A stretch of DNA of 64,000 nt from Perkinsus chesapeaki ATCC PRA-425 (Eukaryota; Protista; Perkinsozoa): contig JAAPAO010000001.1 of the NCBI GenBank assembly GCA_013115145.1, positions 124,001 through 188,000 of the forward strand, in the 5' to 3' direction. Shown here one piece after another: positions 1 through 10,575 of this stretch. The notes under the pieces are model-generated. The model was not told the origin of the DNA, did not search any database, and was given only the letters and a program-made list of their open reading frames with translations. A program made the position numbers and the translations under genes. Every line of letters begins with the position of its first letter. The first letter of the stretch is position 1.

Positions 1-611
1 CCGGAGCGCGGACCAAGAAGGATTTTAAAGACTGTCCAGCCTGCCAAGGTCAGGGATCAGTTGTTCGAATGGTCAAGCTGGGGCCGGGAATGTACCAGCA
101 AATTCACGAACAGTGTGGGAAGTGTGGCGGGAAGGGGAAGATAGCGGCGAAAAAATGCCCGAAGTGCGGCGGAGCTAGAGTAGTGGCTGGCATGGATTCT
201 TATGAGGTCGTAGTGGAGCGAGGGGTACCTGATGGGCATCGAATTAGCATTCCCTACGCTGGAGACGAGAGCCCTGAGAAGGCGGCTGGAGCTGTCACTT
301 ATGTGATAAATACTATACCACATCCGACTATGCGAAGGGAAGGCCAGGATCTACGCATGGACTTCGTAATAACCTTGAGGGAATCTTTGCTGGGCTTTGT
401 AAGGACAGTAGAGCATTTAGACGGCCATGAGGTAGTCCTGGATCGAATTGGTAAGGTAACGAAGTCAGGACTAGTGGTCCGGTATCCAGGGGAGGGAATG
501 CCCTTAAAGGATGTACCAAGCGAGGCTGGCGACTTAGTCGTGAAGTTCCGTGTTGAATTCCCGGACAAACTGACAGAAGAGCAGATTGAAGGCCTGAAGA
601 ACATCCTATAG
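1..611 (+). CDS. dnaJ: DnaJ/Hsp40 (type I) co-chaperone, 3' part; runs off the 5' edge of the window
   Basis: Open frame from position 3 contains zinc-finger repeats CPACQGQG, CGKCGGKG and CPKCGGAR. These are followed by a DnaJ C-terminal domain (GVPDGHRI, GEGMP, GDLVVKFRVEFP). Stop at 611. Confidence 0.93.
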   Translation, partial: GARTKKDFKDCPACQGQGSVVRMVKLGPGMYQQIHEQCGKCGGKGKIAAKKCPKCGGARVVAGMDSYEVVVERGVPDGHRISIPYAGDESPEKAAGAVTYVINTIPHPTMRREGQDLRMDFVITLRESLLGFVRTVEHLDGHEVVLDRIGKVTKSGLVVRYPGEGMPLKDVPSEAGDLVVKFRVEFPDKLTEEQIEGLKNIL

Positions 612-734
612 CGGCGGCATCCTCTGCTCGCAGTTTTTAGCTCTTTCACCTACTAGTGCAAGGAGGTTGTTGCGTTGGGTCAGGTTGGGGTGCTCTGTTC
701 AGATTGTTGTTGCTGTTGTTGAGGCCGCCCCAGA

Positions 735-1085
735 ATGTTTGAGCTCATCGTCGGTATAGCAGTTGGGGCGGGATTGGGTAATACTGGGAGATGGAAAAGG
801 CCGCCTTCGTTGAAGGCTCCAGCAGGTGCATACTTCCCCTCTAAAATTCAACCATGCTTCGAACCATTTGTTAATGAAAGTAAGAAAATAATGACAACAC
901 TGCGCGATAAGGTGAGGCTTTGTCTCATTGTCGGGCTATCATCTGTCCCTATATAGATCGTGATGGCCAAAGAGGAGTTGTCTAGCGGCCCTGGTGTGAC
1001 AGCGGCGATGGCCCCAAAGGATCGAGGGACAGGACGGCCATCTCAGTCACCAGTTTTAATCGCTCATCCAGCCGCATCTTCCTGA
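735..1085 (+). CDS. Small (~85 aa) hypothetical protein with an N-terminal Gly-rich hydrophobic helix; 3 exons
   Basis: GT-AG introns at 778-825 and 922-956 give MFELIVGIAVGAGLGAYFPSKIQPCFEPFVNESKKIMTTLRDKIVMAKEELSSG...AASS*. Confidence 0.65.
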
Positions 1086-1202
1086 ATGATTTTGTAAAGA
1101 GGGGCCGGTTGTGTGTGGCCCGATAAATTAATCCGCACTTTGCCATATCTGAGTTGTCAATTAGGAGCAGGGAGGGGGTTTGAGGTGTGGCGTGCTCGCA
1201 GT

Positions 1203-4200
1203 ATGGACTCTACAATTCAGCTACCTCGGCGTCCACTTTCTGCAGCGAGCTCTAGGATGGCATCTGTGAGCACTCTGTCATCTAGAGGGGATGAGGCCGT
1301 AATAGCTGGTGTCGGTAGAGTCTTAACTGGGGGACTGTCAGGTGGCACCTGACACATTGGCGATGTCCCAGTCAAGCCTGTCCGAGTGCAGGGGAGCTAG
1401 AGGTGCCAGTATATCTTCGAAGGTGGGGAGGTGGGGAGAAGGTAGAAAGCTGAAGAACAGGTACGACAGTTAAGTGATAGGGTGCAGAGGGCGATCAGCG
1501 CTGATGAGGCTAAAATAGGCATGCTCTCTGAACAAGTCGGTAGAGCTGTCAGAACGTTACAGCACGCCACATCGGCCCCACAGGTGACCAGGCTGCGGGA
1601 GAATCTCCATAGTGACAAAGTGGCGGCAGAGCTGTTGGACGAGCGATTGGAGAAGGATATAAAGTTGGTGAGGCGATGGCAGTTGCATCCTTTTGGGGAG
1701 GGGGAACCATGCAGATAGAGTCATCGGTGGAACTTGACCTAGACGCCCTCACACGAGGTCGGAAGGAATCCCTGGCGAAGCTGGAGAAGGCTGCTAATAA
1801 TACCATTGCGGAGATGACTCAGGTAGCGTAGGGACTTTGGGATTTGGGGACATTGTGGTGCTCAGGAGTGCAAGGCTAGACAGGAGGAACATCAACGAAG
1901 GAAGAAGGAGATGTGCCGACAGGTCGGATGGCCCTTGGTGGGGGGGCCGCCGGCAGATGCTTTACAGGTAGCTGAGGGTGTGATGAGGTTGACGGCTGAG
2001 ACGGAGAAGCTGACGAGATCTCGGGTAGTTGTGGAGGAAAAGATTAGAGAGTCTATTGAAGCCAGTAGGCCAACTCGCGGGCCTGTTCGGGAGGGGTTAC
2101 TCTCAGACTTGGCGAGAATAAGCGACGGTGTAGCAGCAGAAAGGAAGGCTCGGGCGGCGTCTGAGGGGAAAATGTTGAAGTAAAGAGTATGCCGGTGATG
2201 TTGGTGATGGGAGATACCTCTTCAGACGGCTAGAGGAAATCTGTGGACGAGTGTTGGGAGATATACAAGAGGAGCGCCAACAACGACGACAGGCGGAGGA
2301 ACATCTTATAAGCCTTTTGGAGGACACATGTGAGGGGAATCGTAGACGTTGCCTGTTGCTGACTGGAGAATGCCTTAGGTAGCAGAGTTGAGGTTGCCAT
2401 CGGTCTCAATAATGACACCACGCAAGATGGTTGAGACTTCCTTAGGTGTTGTGTTATCGCAGGACATGGATAGAAGTTCAACTCTAATAATGCCTCATCA
2501 TCACCACCTGCTCGCCTCGGCAGCTGAGGGCAACCACCCGACCTCCTTCCTCGCTGGCATCTGGGTAGCGATGCTTCCTATGGTTGCTTCCCTAGTAGGG
2601 GGACTTCTCAGCCCAACAAGTGCAAGTTCGTCCGTTCGTTGGTCATATGCCGACCGCGATCACCTCCTGGCGAGCCCAGCTATGTTGAGCCCTCTCCTGC
2701 CCCTATGTTGAACTCTACCAAGGTTGGAGTTCCTAAAATCTGCGGAGCGTAGAGTCCCTCCACTCACCGTCAATATAGAGCCTCTGAATCAGATACGAGG
2801 AGTTCTATTGTCCTCCAGGAGCCAAGTGGCCTGAGGGCTTCACTAGGTATCCCGACCCTGCCAAGGATACCTCCACGAATGCCAACGTGCATTACTCGGC
2901 CATGTCGAGCTGGTCCATCCCCATGATGGTAAGTGCTCCCCCTACTGTTGTTGATGATTGTGAAAGATTTGGGAGTTTCCTATACATGCGTCTTGGAGCA
3001 GTGGAGTTTAGTTCGTAAATACTTCATTCTAACTGCCGCGTTCGACTGGCGGCCCTAAGTGCCTCAAAGGCTGGGCCGTGGCAATGATGACTAGAAGAAC
3101 TGCTGCGCCTTGGACCGGTCAAGGCCACTACAAAGTGACGACGCTGGGCCGTGGAACGCACCTTACTTAACCAGACGACCTCATCATTCTGCTAATATCG
3201 AAAGGGTCAGCATTGAACGGCTAATACCTTTTCAGTGACAAGTCGTAGGCAGGGTTGTGTTAGTGAAGAGAAATGATGGATGGTTAGGCCAAGTATCAGT
3301 TTCCGCGCAATGTTGCAGCGAATGAAGGAATTTGAAGGGAAGATGTTGATTATGCGGGAGGAGGTATTCTAGATAACTGTTATTTGGAGTAATGGAGGAG
3401 ACTCTAGGTCGAGGACACCACACTCGACAACCAGAGGTTGGCCCATGAAGTGTTGAGGTTACAACGGCTGCTTAAGGCTGAGGAGGAAGAGAGAGAACAG
3501 CTCAAAGCGAAGGTTCACTAGGCGACTTTAGCAGTGCAATGCTTCATTTTAGTTGGCTGACGTCACTGACAACTGTAAAGAGGCTGACGGGAGAGCTGGT
3601 GCTATGCAGAGCGAATTGGACACTGCGAGGAAAGCTACGCAGGATATGAAGCTGGAGCTCGATCGGTAATGGGGCGACCAAGGACTCCAGACGGTCCAGA
3701 CGAGCGAGTCTCAGATGCCAATCCCGAGTGGAGGCTCTGAAGACGGACCTTGGTGCGCAACGGAAAGCTAGGGCAAAGCTTGAGGCTACAGTGGAGGCAT
3801 TGAAGGGTGCTGTGGTGACGGAGAACACAGGTCGGTCGTTGATAGAGGGATGGAGGGATGAGGTAGTTGCTTTAGACAAATCCACAGCCAGTCGAGAGCT
3901 TGACGATGCTAATAAGCGAATTGCACAGCTTCAGAAGGAGAAGGATAAGGCAGACGGTCAACTTAAGAAGATGATAACAATGGTAAGCAGGCAGACGACA
4001 TAAAGCGGTGACAGGAGCGCTGTGATGATGGTCAGGTAAGGGCATTAGAGGATACACAGGGGACATTGCTAAGCGAGCTGGAGGCGACTACAGGGAAGCT
4101 TCTAGATGTCGGCAAGAATGCTACCAGTAGTGAAGAGGCCAATGTTGAGGCGCTCCGGAAGGTAGGAGCTGATCAGACCAACGATTGGGTCACCATGACT

Positions 4201-5869
4201 GCTGTTTATTAGGCGGCCGAGCAGCAACAGGAGGTTGTACGCATGCGCGCTGCCATGCTGACCCTGGATAGGGAAAGGGACGTGAGTGCCTACCCCGTCT
4301 GAGCGTTCTAGAGGCGTTATGTCTCTCAGGAGCTGCAGTTTGCTGTGGACGCAAAGTCGGAGGAGATCTCCACGTTACGGTCAACCAATAGGGAACTGAC
4401 TGAAAGGGTCGGTGAAATGAATAGAAAAGTTGAACAGCTCAGACGAGAAGCGGAGGGGCAACAGGTAAGGACAAACGGGGCGACAAAGCTATCGAGTACC
4501 AGGTTGATCTTAACAGCATGGATGAGGAGACGTCCGCTTTACAGAGATCTATAGTAGAGCTTCAAGAGGAGACAGTAAGAGGAGACATTCCAGTGAGCTG
4601 TTTGATGGTGTTTACTAGGTACGGCTCCGAACGGAGCTAGACGGGTCGCAGCAGGAGGCCAGAAACATAACAGAAGACTTGACCCACATGACCAGGGAGA
4701 ATCAGGTATCTTGATGCTGTCTGCCATCTCAATGCACTTCACAGTCCCTGCATGCTGAAGTGATCCGCCTTTCGAGGGAGACGACAGAACTCAGAACTTT
4801 AGTTGAACAGCACAAGCGAGAGACTCAATCAGCCGTAGAGGCAAGATCGTATCTGTTATGCCACTGCCGAATGCGCGGTAGGCTCTCCGTGCCGTCGAAT
4901 TGGAAAGGGATGACGTCAGGGAACTGTATCACCAGGCCACCTTAGACGGGCACAGGTTCGATCCCCGGATTGGGCAGATTTTCTTGAGGCTGCCTTCCCA
5001 GGCGATCTGCATCCATCAGTACATTACAAGAAGAGCGTGATCAATTAGAAGAGACGTTAGACTTGTTAACCAAGGAAAACGAGAAGTTCCAGTCATCCCT
5101 CGGGGAATCATTCAAGCAGGTGAGCGCGTAGTTGATAACTCCGGTCCAACTTCGCTCAGAACCGTCGGCTGCAAATGGATCTCGATGCCACAGAAGAGCA
5201 GAACCAGGAGCTACTGAGGCAGTTGCGTGAGGTACGACGCAGTCGTGCGCCCCACACTGCCAACCTTGTGGCAGATGGATGAGCTCTTAGCAGAACAACG
5301 CCGCATGGCAGCTATGGCAGGGGATGAGAGGAATAGAGCAGAGGACGCTTGCCGGCAACTCAGCACCGCCGGTAGCCTGCTGCTGTTGACTGCTGCTGGC
5401 ATCGATAAGTTTGTGAGGTAACCATCAATCCCGAGAGGCCGCCAAGTTAGCGACGCACCTGGCCGCCGTGACAGCTGAGAACCAACGGTTAACTGAAAAG
5501 CTGAGGGAGGCTCGTCATGCATTGCATGAGGAGTCCAATAGGTAGGCAGCATGAGCATGCTTTAAATGACAGTTGGTGCTGTGGTGGTGGTAGGAGCCAT
5601 CAGCTGGAGGACTACCTCAATGACCAACGACGACGACAAGCCATAGGGGTTGTCTCGCCCTTACATCCATCTGCCAGTGATTCAAGCTTCTCCATACAAT
5701 CACACCCCGAGTACATGAGTTTATGTGATACTGTTGAACAACAGTACAAACTGATCGGTAACGGGGCATCTAATTGGGGAAGAAGATTATCTATTTAGGT
5801 GAGATGGATTCGACACTTGTACAGCTACAGCAGGAGAACGCCGAGCTAAAGTCTATGCTTGGTCATTGA
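1203..5869 (+). CDS. Long multi-exon coiled-coil protein, CEP135/BLD10-like centriolar protein
   Basis: More than 20 short exons of heptad-rich E/K/R/L sequence. Segments DAKSEEISTLRSTNREL, EDLTHMTRENQ and AVELERDDVRELYHQ resemble the C-terminal half of CEP135 (DDLATMARENQ) as I recall it. Ends QLQQENAELKSMLGH*. Confidence 0.6.
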
Positions 5870-6280
5870 CCAGACCACATCCTTTTTACTGTATATTAAC
5901 CTGTATTACTGTTACCCTCACGTAATTCATAAACATGAACCAAGTTATCCAAAGAAGCCTGGTGTTACTTAGTTTTTATAATACTGTTGGCTATGATACC
6001 AGTTGTCTTGGACAATTTCTTTGTTGATTCATTATATTCGTAGAAGTTGTCATTAATAGTTATGTTGTCTGATTGACTAACACAATGTCGTTTGACGTAG
6101 TAGTATTATTATTATAACCGAATGAGGAGCTCTGAGCTTTTCAAATGTACTGAGCACCACCTCAACAACGAAAATTGGCTTATCATTATTTTAAGGGACA
6201 GGAATGATATTATTGGCGATTACTGCGTCGCCAGGTAAAATGGTGTCAATCGATGTTCAGATTCTACAAAACAATCAAGA

Positions 6281-7540
6281 CTAGTGACGGCCTGGATTGC
6301 CAACCTAAAGGAAGGCTCCATGGCGGCCATAGTAGCAACAACAACAATCCCAGCATCCTACCTGACAGTCGGACTTTTGTCGGTCTATGCCATCGTCGAA
6401 CGACGGGCCGACAACTCGAAGGCATAATGGGCATCTGACAGAAGCTATTATTTGTTAGTAAAGTAATCGATTACCTGTTCTGATGACCAACCAGCCAAGT
6501 ATCAACACAATCGGCATGAAAGGAGTGACCGCAGCATAACACTCTAACTTGGTCTCCCTTCTCGTATCCACAATAGCATATTGAACATTCCCCACAGTTA
6601 TATAAATGATTATCTTTTGAAGTGTTGCATGGTGATAGTGAGCAACCGGGTATAAAGGTCTCCACCTGTGCGACTTGGTCATTGTTCGTTTGTGGTAAGT
6701 CAACCTTACCTTGCTGTATTTCTCCAACACATCGGCTGGTATGCCGCGTTTGAAGTCGGATTCCATAAGCCAATAAAATAGGCTTACGCAAGCGACTCTA
6801 TGAAGTATAATAGACGCCAAATTCATCATTACATGCTTCCACAGAGCCTGCCACAAAACAACTGCTTTTTGCTGCTATAACGCTTGGTACTCTGGCCAGC
6901 TCCGAGGGTCCCGACACGGACCCAGGTGTGAGCCACAGGAGGGCAGTGGTGAAGCCCAACCAGATGTAGTAGCTCCATAGCAGCCACCGTTCAACACGGA
7001 AAGGATGAGAATAGATATCGATTAGCCTTTGAGCTACTAACTGAGGTGTTGGCTCGTATCTTAGAGGAGCACTGTATTGGATCTCATAGGTTCAATACGT
7101 ACCTGGCTTCAACGAATAGCTTTCTGGTCTTGAACCAAAAGAACGGTCGAGGTATGGCAGCTACCACTCGAATGACCTAAGTAAAGGGATAGGTGGCCGA
7201 CCTGTATTAGGGGGCATATTACACAGAGGAGTAAGAGTAGTCTATCGAAGAACGATAAGTTACTCTCGAGTAGACCCTCTTTAGGCCAGTAGTACGCTAT
7301 TATGTACGCGCAATGAGCAATTAGGACGGCGCTGAAAATGACATGTGCAGGGATCGAACCTTCGCTTACCTACCTGCAGATCATACCGAGCTCGACGCCC
7401 CGGCGCATGACTATCCCACTCTCATGTGGAAACATATTAAACATTTCAATTATTGGAGGCTCCTGTTCCTCTTCTTCTCGACGCTCCTGTTCCAGCACGT
7501 CAAGGCCTCCACCATCTACTATGTCCTGTCGGACGGCCAT
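6281..7540 (-). CDS. Transmembrane RING-H2 E3 ubiquitin ligase
   Basis: Spliced model starts MAVRQDIV, has several TM segments (AVLIAHCAYIIAYYW, WLLWSYYIWLGFTTALLW) and YEPTPQLVAQRL. C-terminal RING-H2 reads CSICYCGYEKGDQVRVLCCGHSFHADCVDTWLVGHQNRCPLC. Confidence 0.88.
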
Positions 7541-7610
7541 ATAGAGTAAATATACTTTAATAATAACTAAAACAATATCAACAATATCAACAGCACAATA
7601 CTTAGGTCTA

Positions 7611-9203
7611 TTATCTGTCGGGTGAAAACATATTTTCAAGAGACATGCATATTCCATCGAACGCATCTTTATAATCTGGAGGGCAGACGTCACCGTCCAG
7701 ATGGACATGCCTTTCCTGTAGGAAGCTAAGAGGCCCCCAATGGTGACTCACACCATAGGAAAACAGGCATCGGGCCTTCCGACCGCCTGCTAGCAATCTT
7801 TGGACCTTTTCCTTAGTAACAGCTCGCAGCTCATCAATAAGGAATGGAGATGCAGCCATCCGCATTGGAAAGCGTAGAGCATAATGCTGCTCCGGAAGGT
7901 ACTGAGGGAAGGGTAGAGACCAGCGATCACTGAGTATAACGGGAACACAGCCTGCCCATAGCGCTTCATATAGCCTAAGGGACCATGCACTCTTACCACG
8001 AGGAACAAGACAGAACTTGGCGTTGCCCATAACGGTTCGCATCTCATCAACAGTCAAGTTGGATCCGAATAGGACATCCTTTATAGGTTCGGTTTGACGT
8101 AGCATCTCAAACAATGCTTGGCGTGGAGCATCGTGAAGGCCCTCTTTGGAGGACAGGTGTTGGGCACGTGAGGGATCGACACGGCCAAAAAACACCGCCA
8201 GGTACCATCGATCGTCGAGTGGCATGGATGCTTGAAGGAAGTGGAGTATCTCGCTCCTGTGAAGATGACCAGGTATGGCAACATCCCTCCATGGGACAAA
8301 AGAGGGCTTTCGCCGCCACCAGTTGTCGTTGAATAGACCTGTCTCCGGCGTTAGTATGGTTGCATTAGGAATATAGACTTCCCACTCTCTGAACACATCA
8401 ACCCCCATCCCCGAAGCGAAGGTGAAGACGTGGCGTCGACCACCGGGTTGCCAGAATGGCAGTTCTTCTGTAAGGGTTCGATAGATATCATTTATCTTCG
8501 AAAGCTGTAGGAAGCCGCCTTCAAACATACATATACCATATCCGGGCACGAAAAAGTAATCAGCCTCCGCAGGGTCAAGGGTCCTGTGTGGCGCTGCTAG
8601 GAACCAATAATGTATATGGACCTCACTACCCCACTGACCTTTCCCACAAAAGGAAGCTCCTTGAGTAAGTTGTCTGAGGCTTGGTGCATCATCCTCGGTG
8701 TAGACATACACTTTCCCACAGGGAAGCCGGTGTGGCCCATCTGGCGTGTTACGATCGGCTAGACTTCGACGGACATGAGCGATGTCCGAATCATTTATGC
8801 CCCAGTTGCCTCGAGCCATGATAGCTGGATGAAAGGAAGATGTATAGGAGTCTAATAGTGAGAAGTGGAGTACGGCCTCATCATCGAAGTGCCCTGACTC
8901 AAGCAGCTGGCGAGTTCGCCAGTACAAGAGGGCTACACCACCGAAGAGGCAGTCTTCTAGTATGTCATCCCAGCTCAGGCCGCGCCCATAATGCTCGATT
9001 ATACCATCTATCTTCAAGCGTTGATTGGAGGTATTTCGCAAGGCGTCGTGGAGTAGAGCCCAATCTAGAGCCCTGTCGCGAAGGCAATCCGGATCATCCC
9101 AAATTCGAGCCACCATCTCCTCGCTCGCTGGATCACTCTGGCCATCAAACGCAGATACGATTTGGGAAAGGAGCGGTATGAGAAGACATGCCAAATTCAA
9201 CAT
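7611..9203 (-). CDS. Exostosin-family (GT47) glycosyltransferase; intronless, with signal peptide/anchor
   Basis: Single ~530 aa ORF. Likely start is MLNLACLLIPLLSQIVSA. GT47 motifs include ADYFFVP, RRHVFTF and FCLVPRGKSAWSLRLYEALWAGCVPVILSD. Confidence 0.92.
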   Translation of the reverse strand: MLNLACLLIPLLSQIVSAFDGQSDPASEEMVARIWDDPDCLRDRALDWALLHDALRNTSNQRLKIDGIIEHYGRGLSWDDILEDCLFGGVALLYWRTRQLLESGHFDDEAVLHFSLLDSYTSSFHPAIMARGNWGINDSDIAHVRRSLADRNTPDGPHRLPCGKVYVYTEDDAPSLRQLTQGASFCGKGQWGSEVHIHYWFLAAPHRTLDPAEADYFFVPGYGICMFEGGFLQLSKINDIYRTLTEELPFWQPGGRRHVFTFASGMGVDVFREWEVYIPNATILTPETGLFNDNWWRRKPSFVPWRDVAIPGHLHRSEILHFLQASMPLDDRWYLAVFFGRVDPSRAQHLSSKEGLHDAPRQALFEMLRQTEPIKDVLFGSNLTVDEMRTVMGNAKFCLVPRGKSAWSLRLYEALWAGCVPVILSDRWSLPFPQYLPEQHYALRFPMRMAASPFLIDELRAVTKEKVQRLLAGGRKARCLFSYGVSHHWGPLSFLQERHVHLDGDVCPPDYKDAFDGICMSLENMFSPDR

Positions 9204-9517
9204 ACTGCATCCGTAATGAATAGATATGCGGGAAAACCCAAACGTTTGCTGTCTAATGAGATACATCCCATCCTACAAGCCAGACATGGCCTCATGGACA
9301 CCCACGGAGGACCGTGGGTTGTACTGTACAACTTGTACACCAATCGATTGCCCCACGGTAAAGTATGAAAAACCACCCTATTATTACCACTATGGGCCAT
9401 CCGAGAATCTCCGAGAATGGTACTGTAATGAGAGGCATAAATAAAGAGCAAATGCCTGAGGAGCAGAGGCAGCAAAGCAACATATCTTTACCATTGGATA
9501 CAACATTAAGTTTGCAC

Positions 9518-10424
9518 TCAGTATGTCGCACAGGTCTCATCAGAGAGGGCGGCGTCCTTGCAGTCTGGCTCCTCTCCACCATCCTCTACATTCTTGCTTT
9601 GGAAGGCATACGCTTTATGATTCTCAAACACCCATCGATGAACATCCTATGGATAAACGTTCCCCCCGGGAATCGAACTCACGACCAACCTCTGGCGTTC
9701 GTATACTAGGAAGCACTTCAGTCCTCAGTGTAGCCAATGAGCCCCTTTCCTTTAGCCGTCGAGCCTCCAGCATATCATCAGTCATACCGACATCAGGAAC
9801 ACTTATATACCTAAAAAGGCGGTGCCACTCACCTTTTGAAGCACTCCGTTACCGTATAGTGAGATCGGTCATGTCCAGTGCAAACCTAAGGTGCTCGAAT
9901 ATAACCCTAGAGCGATCCATATGGAACTCGGATGTGATAACCACAAGTCTAGTGAACCCACGAGGTTGACAGTGGGCTACCAGGGCAAAAAATGCATTCC
10001 CTAGAAATAGAGATGTGGGGTTAATTATTCTCAAGCTGTGCTCTTTTATATACCCACGGTATCCAAGCTCCATGTGTCCATTAGTATCTTTTCGGCAGGT
10101 ATACCTTTGACCTAGTCCAACAGTATTGTGCAATTTGTCTCCCTTTTCTACCTTATTAAGGTAGTTAGCGCCTACTAGAGCCTCATCTATAGGGAACCCT
10201 GTCCTACTGTCAATGGGAGGAGGCTTGTGTGGCGTGCCTGGCCCACCACTTCATGCTACAGTTGCACCCGTCTTACCTCGACTTGTCACCAGAAAATATC
10301 GGGTTTTGTTACAGAAATACTCAGCAGCGTAATCTAGTCTGTTAAGCACCCAAGGATGGGGCTCTCCATTGGCATCTAGACCGCCAGAGAGGACTATTAC
10401 CAAATCAAATGGACACGATGACAT
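9518..10424 (-). CDS. DUF218 / YdcF-like protein
   Basis: Spliced model reads MSSCPFDLVIVLSGG...RGTPHKPPP...GNAFFALVAHCQPRGFTRLVVITSEFHMDRSRVIFE...HRWVFENHKAY...TY*. The TS-x-FHMxR motif is typical of DUF218. Confidence 0.85.
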
Positions 10425-10575
10425 GACCAGTCTGGTGACGGTTAAGGTGCCGAACGTAGCGACTCGCGCGCGCCATTGTAATCGATATGCTCAGCCCCGG
10501 TGGCTCAGCTTAACTTAGCAGATTTCTCTTTTTTTTCCAACTGGTTTGGTTAGCCGTATCTAAGTTGTTCTTACT

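Noticed and set aside
7343-7690. + strand membrane-protein-like ORF (MCRDRT...WRLLFLFFSTLLF) with an apparent intron
   Set aside because: It is antisense to the first exon of the RING ligase and the GT47 3' end, whose frames are better supported.
9660-9700. tRNA 3'-half-like GGTCGTGAGTTCGATTCCCC
   Set aside because: The T-stem cannot pair and there is no cloverleaf. Kept only as a low-interest motif observation.
9365-9969. + strand ORFs 9365-9709 and 9523-9969
   Set aside because: They are mostly shadows of the minus-strand DUF218 exons.
10495-10540. tRNA 5'-half/A-box-like GCCCCGGTGGCTCAGCT followed by a T-run
   Set aside because: There is no anticodon arm, T-arm or B-box downstream. The T-run fits a polypyrimidine tract before the CLN3 start.
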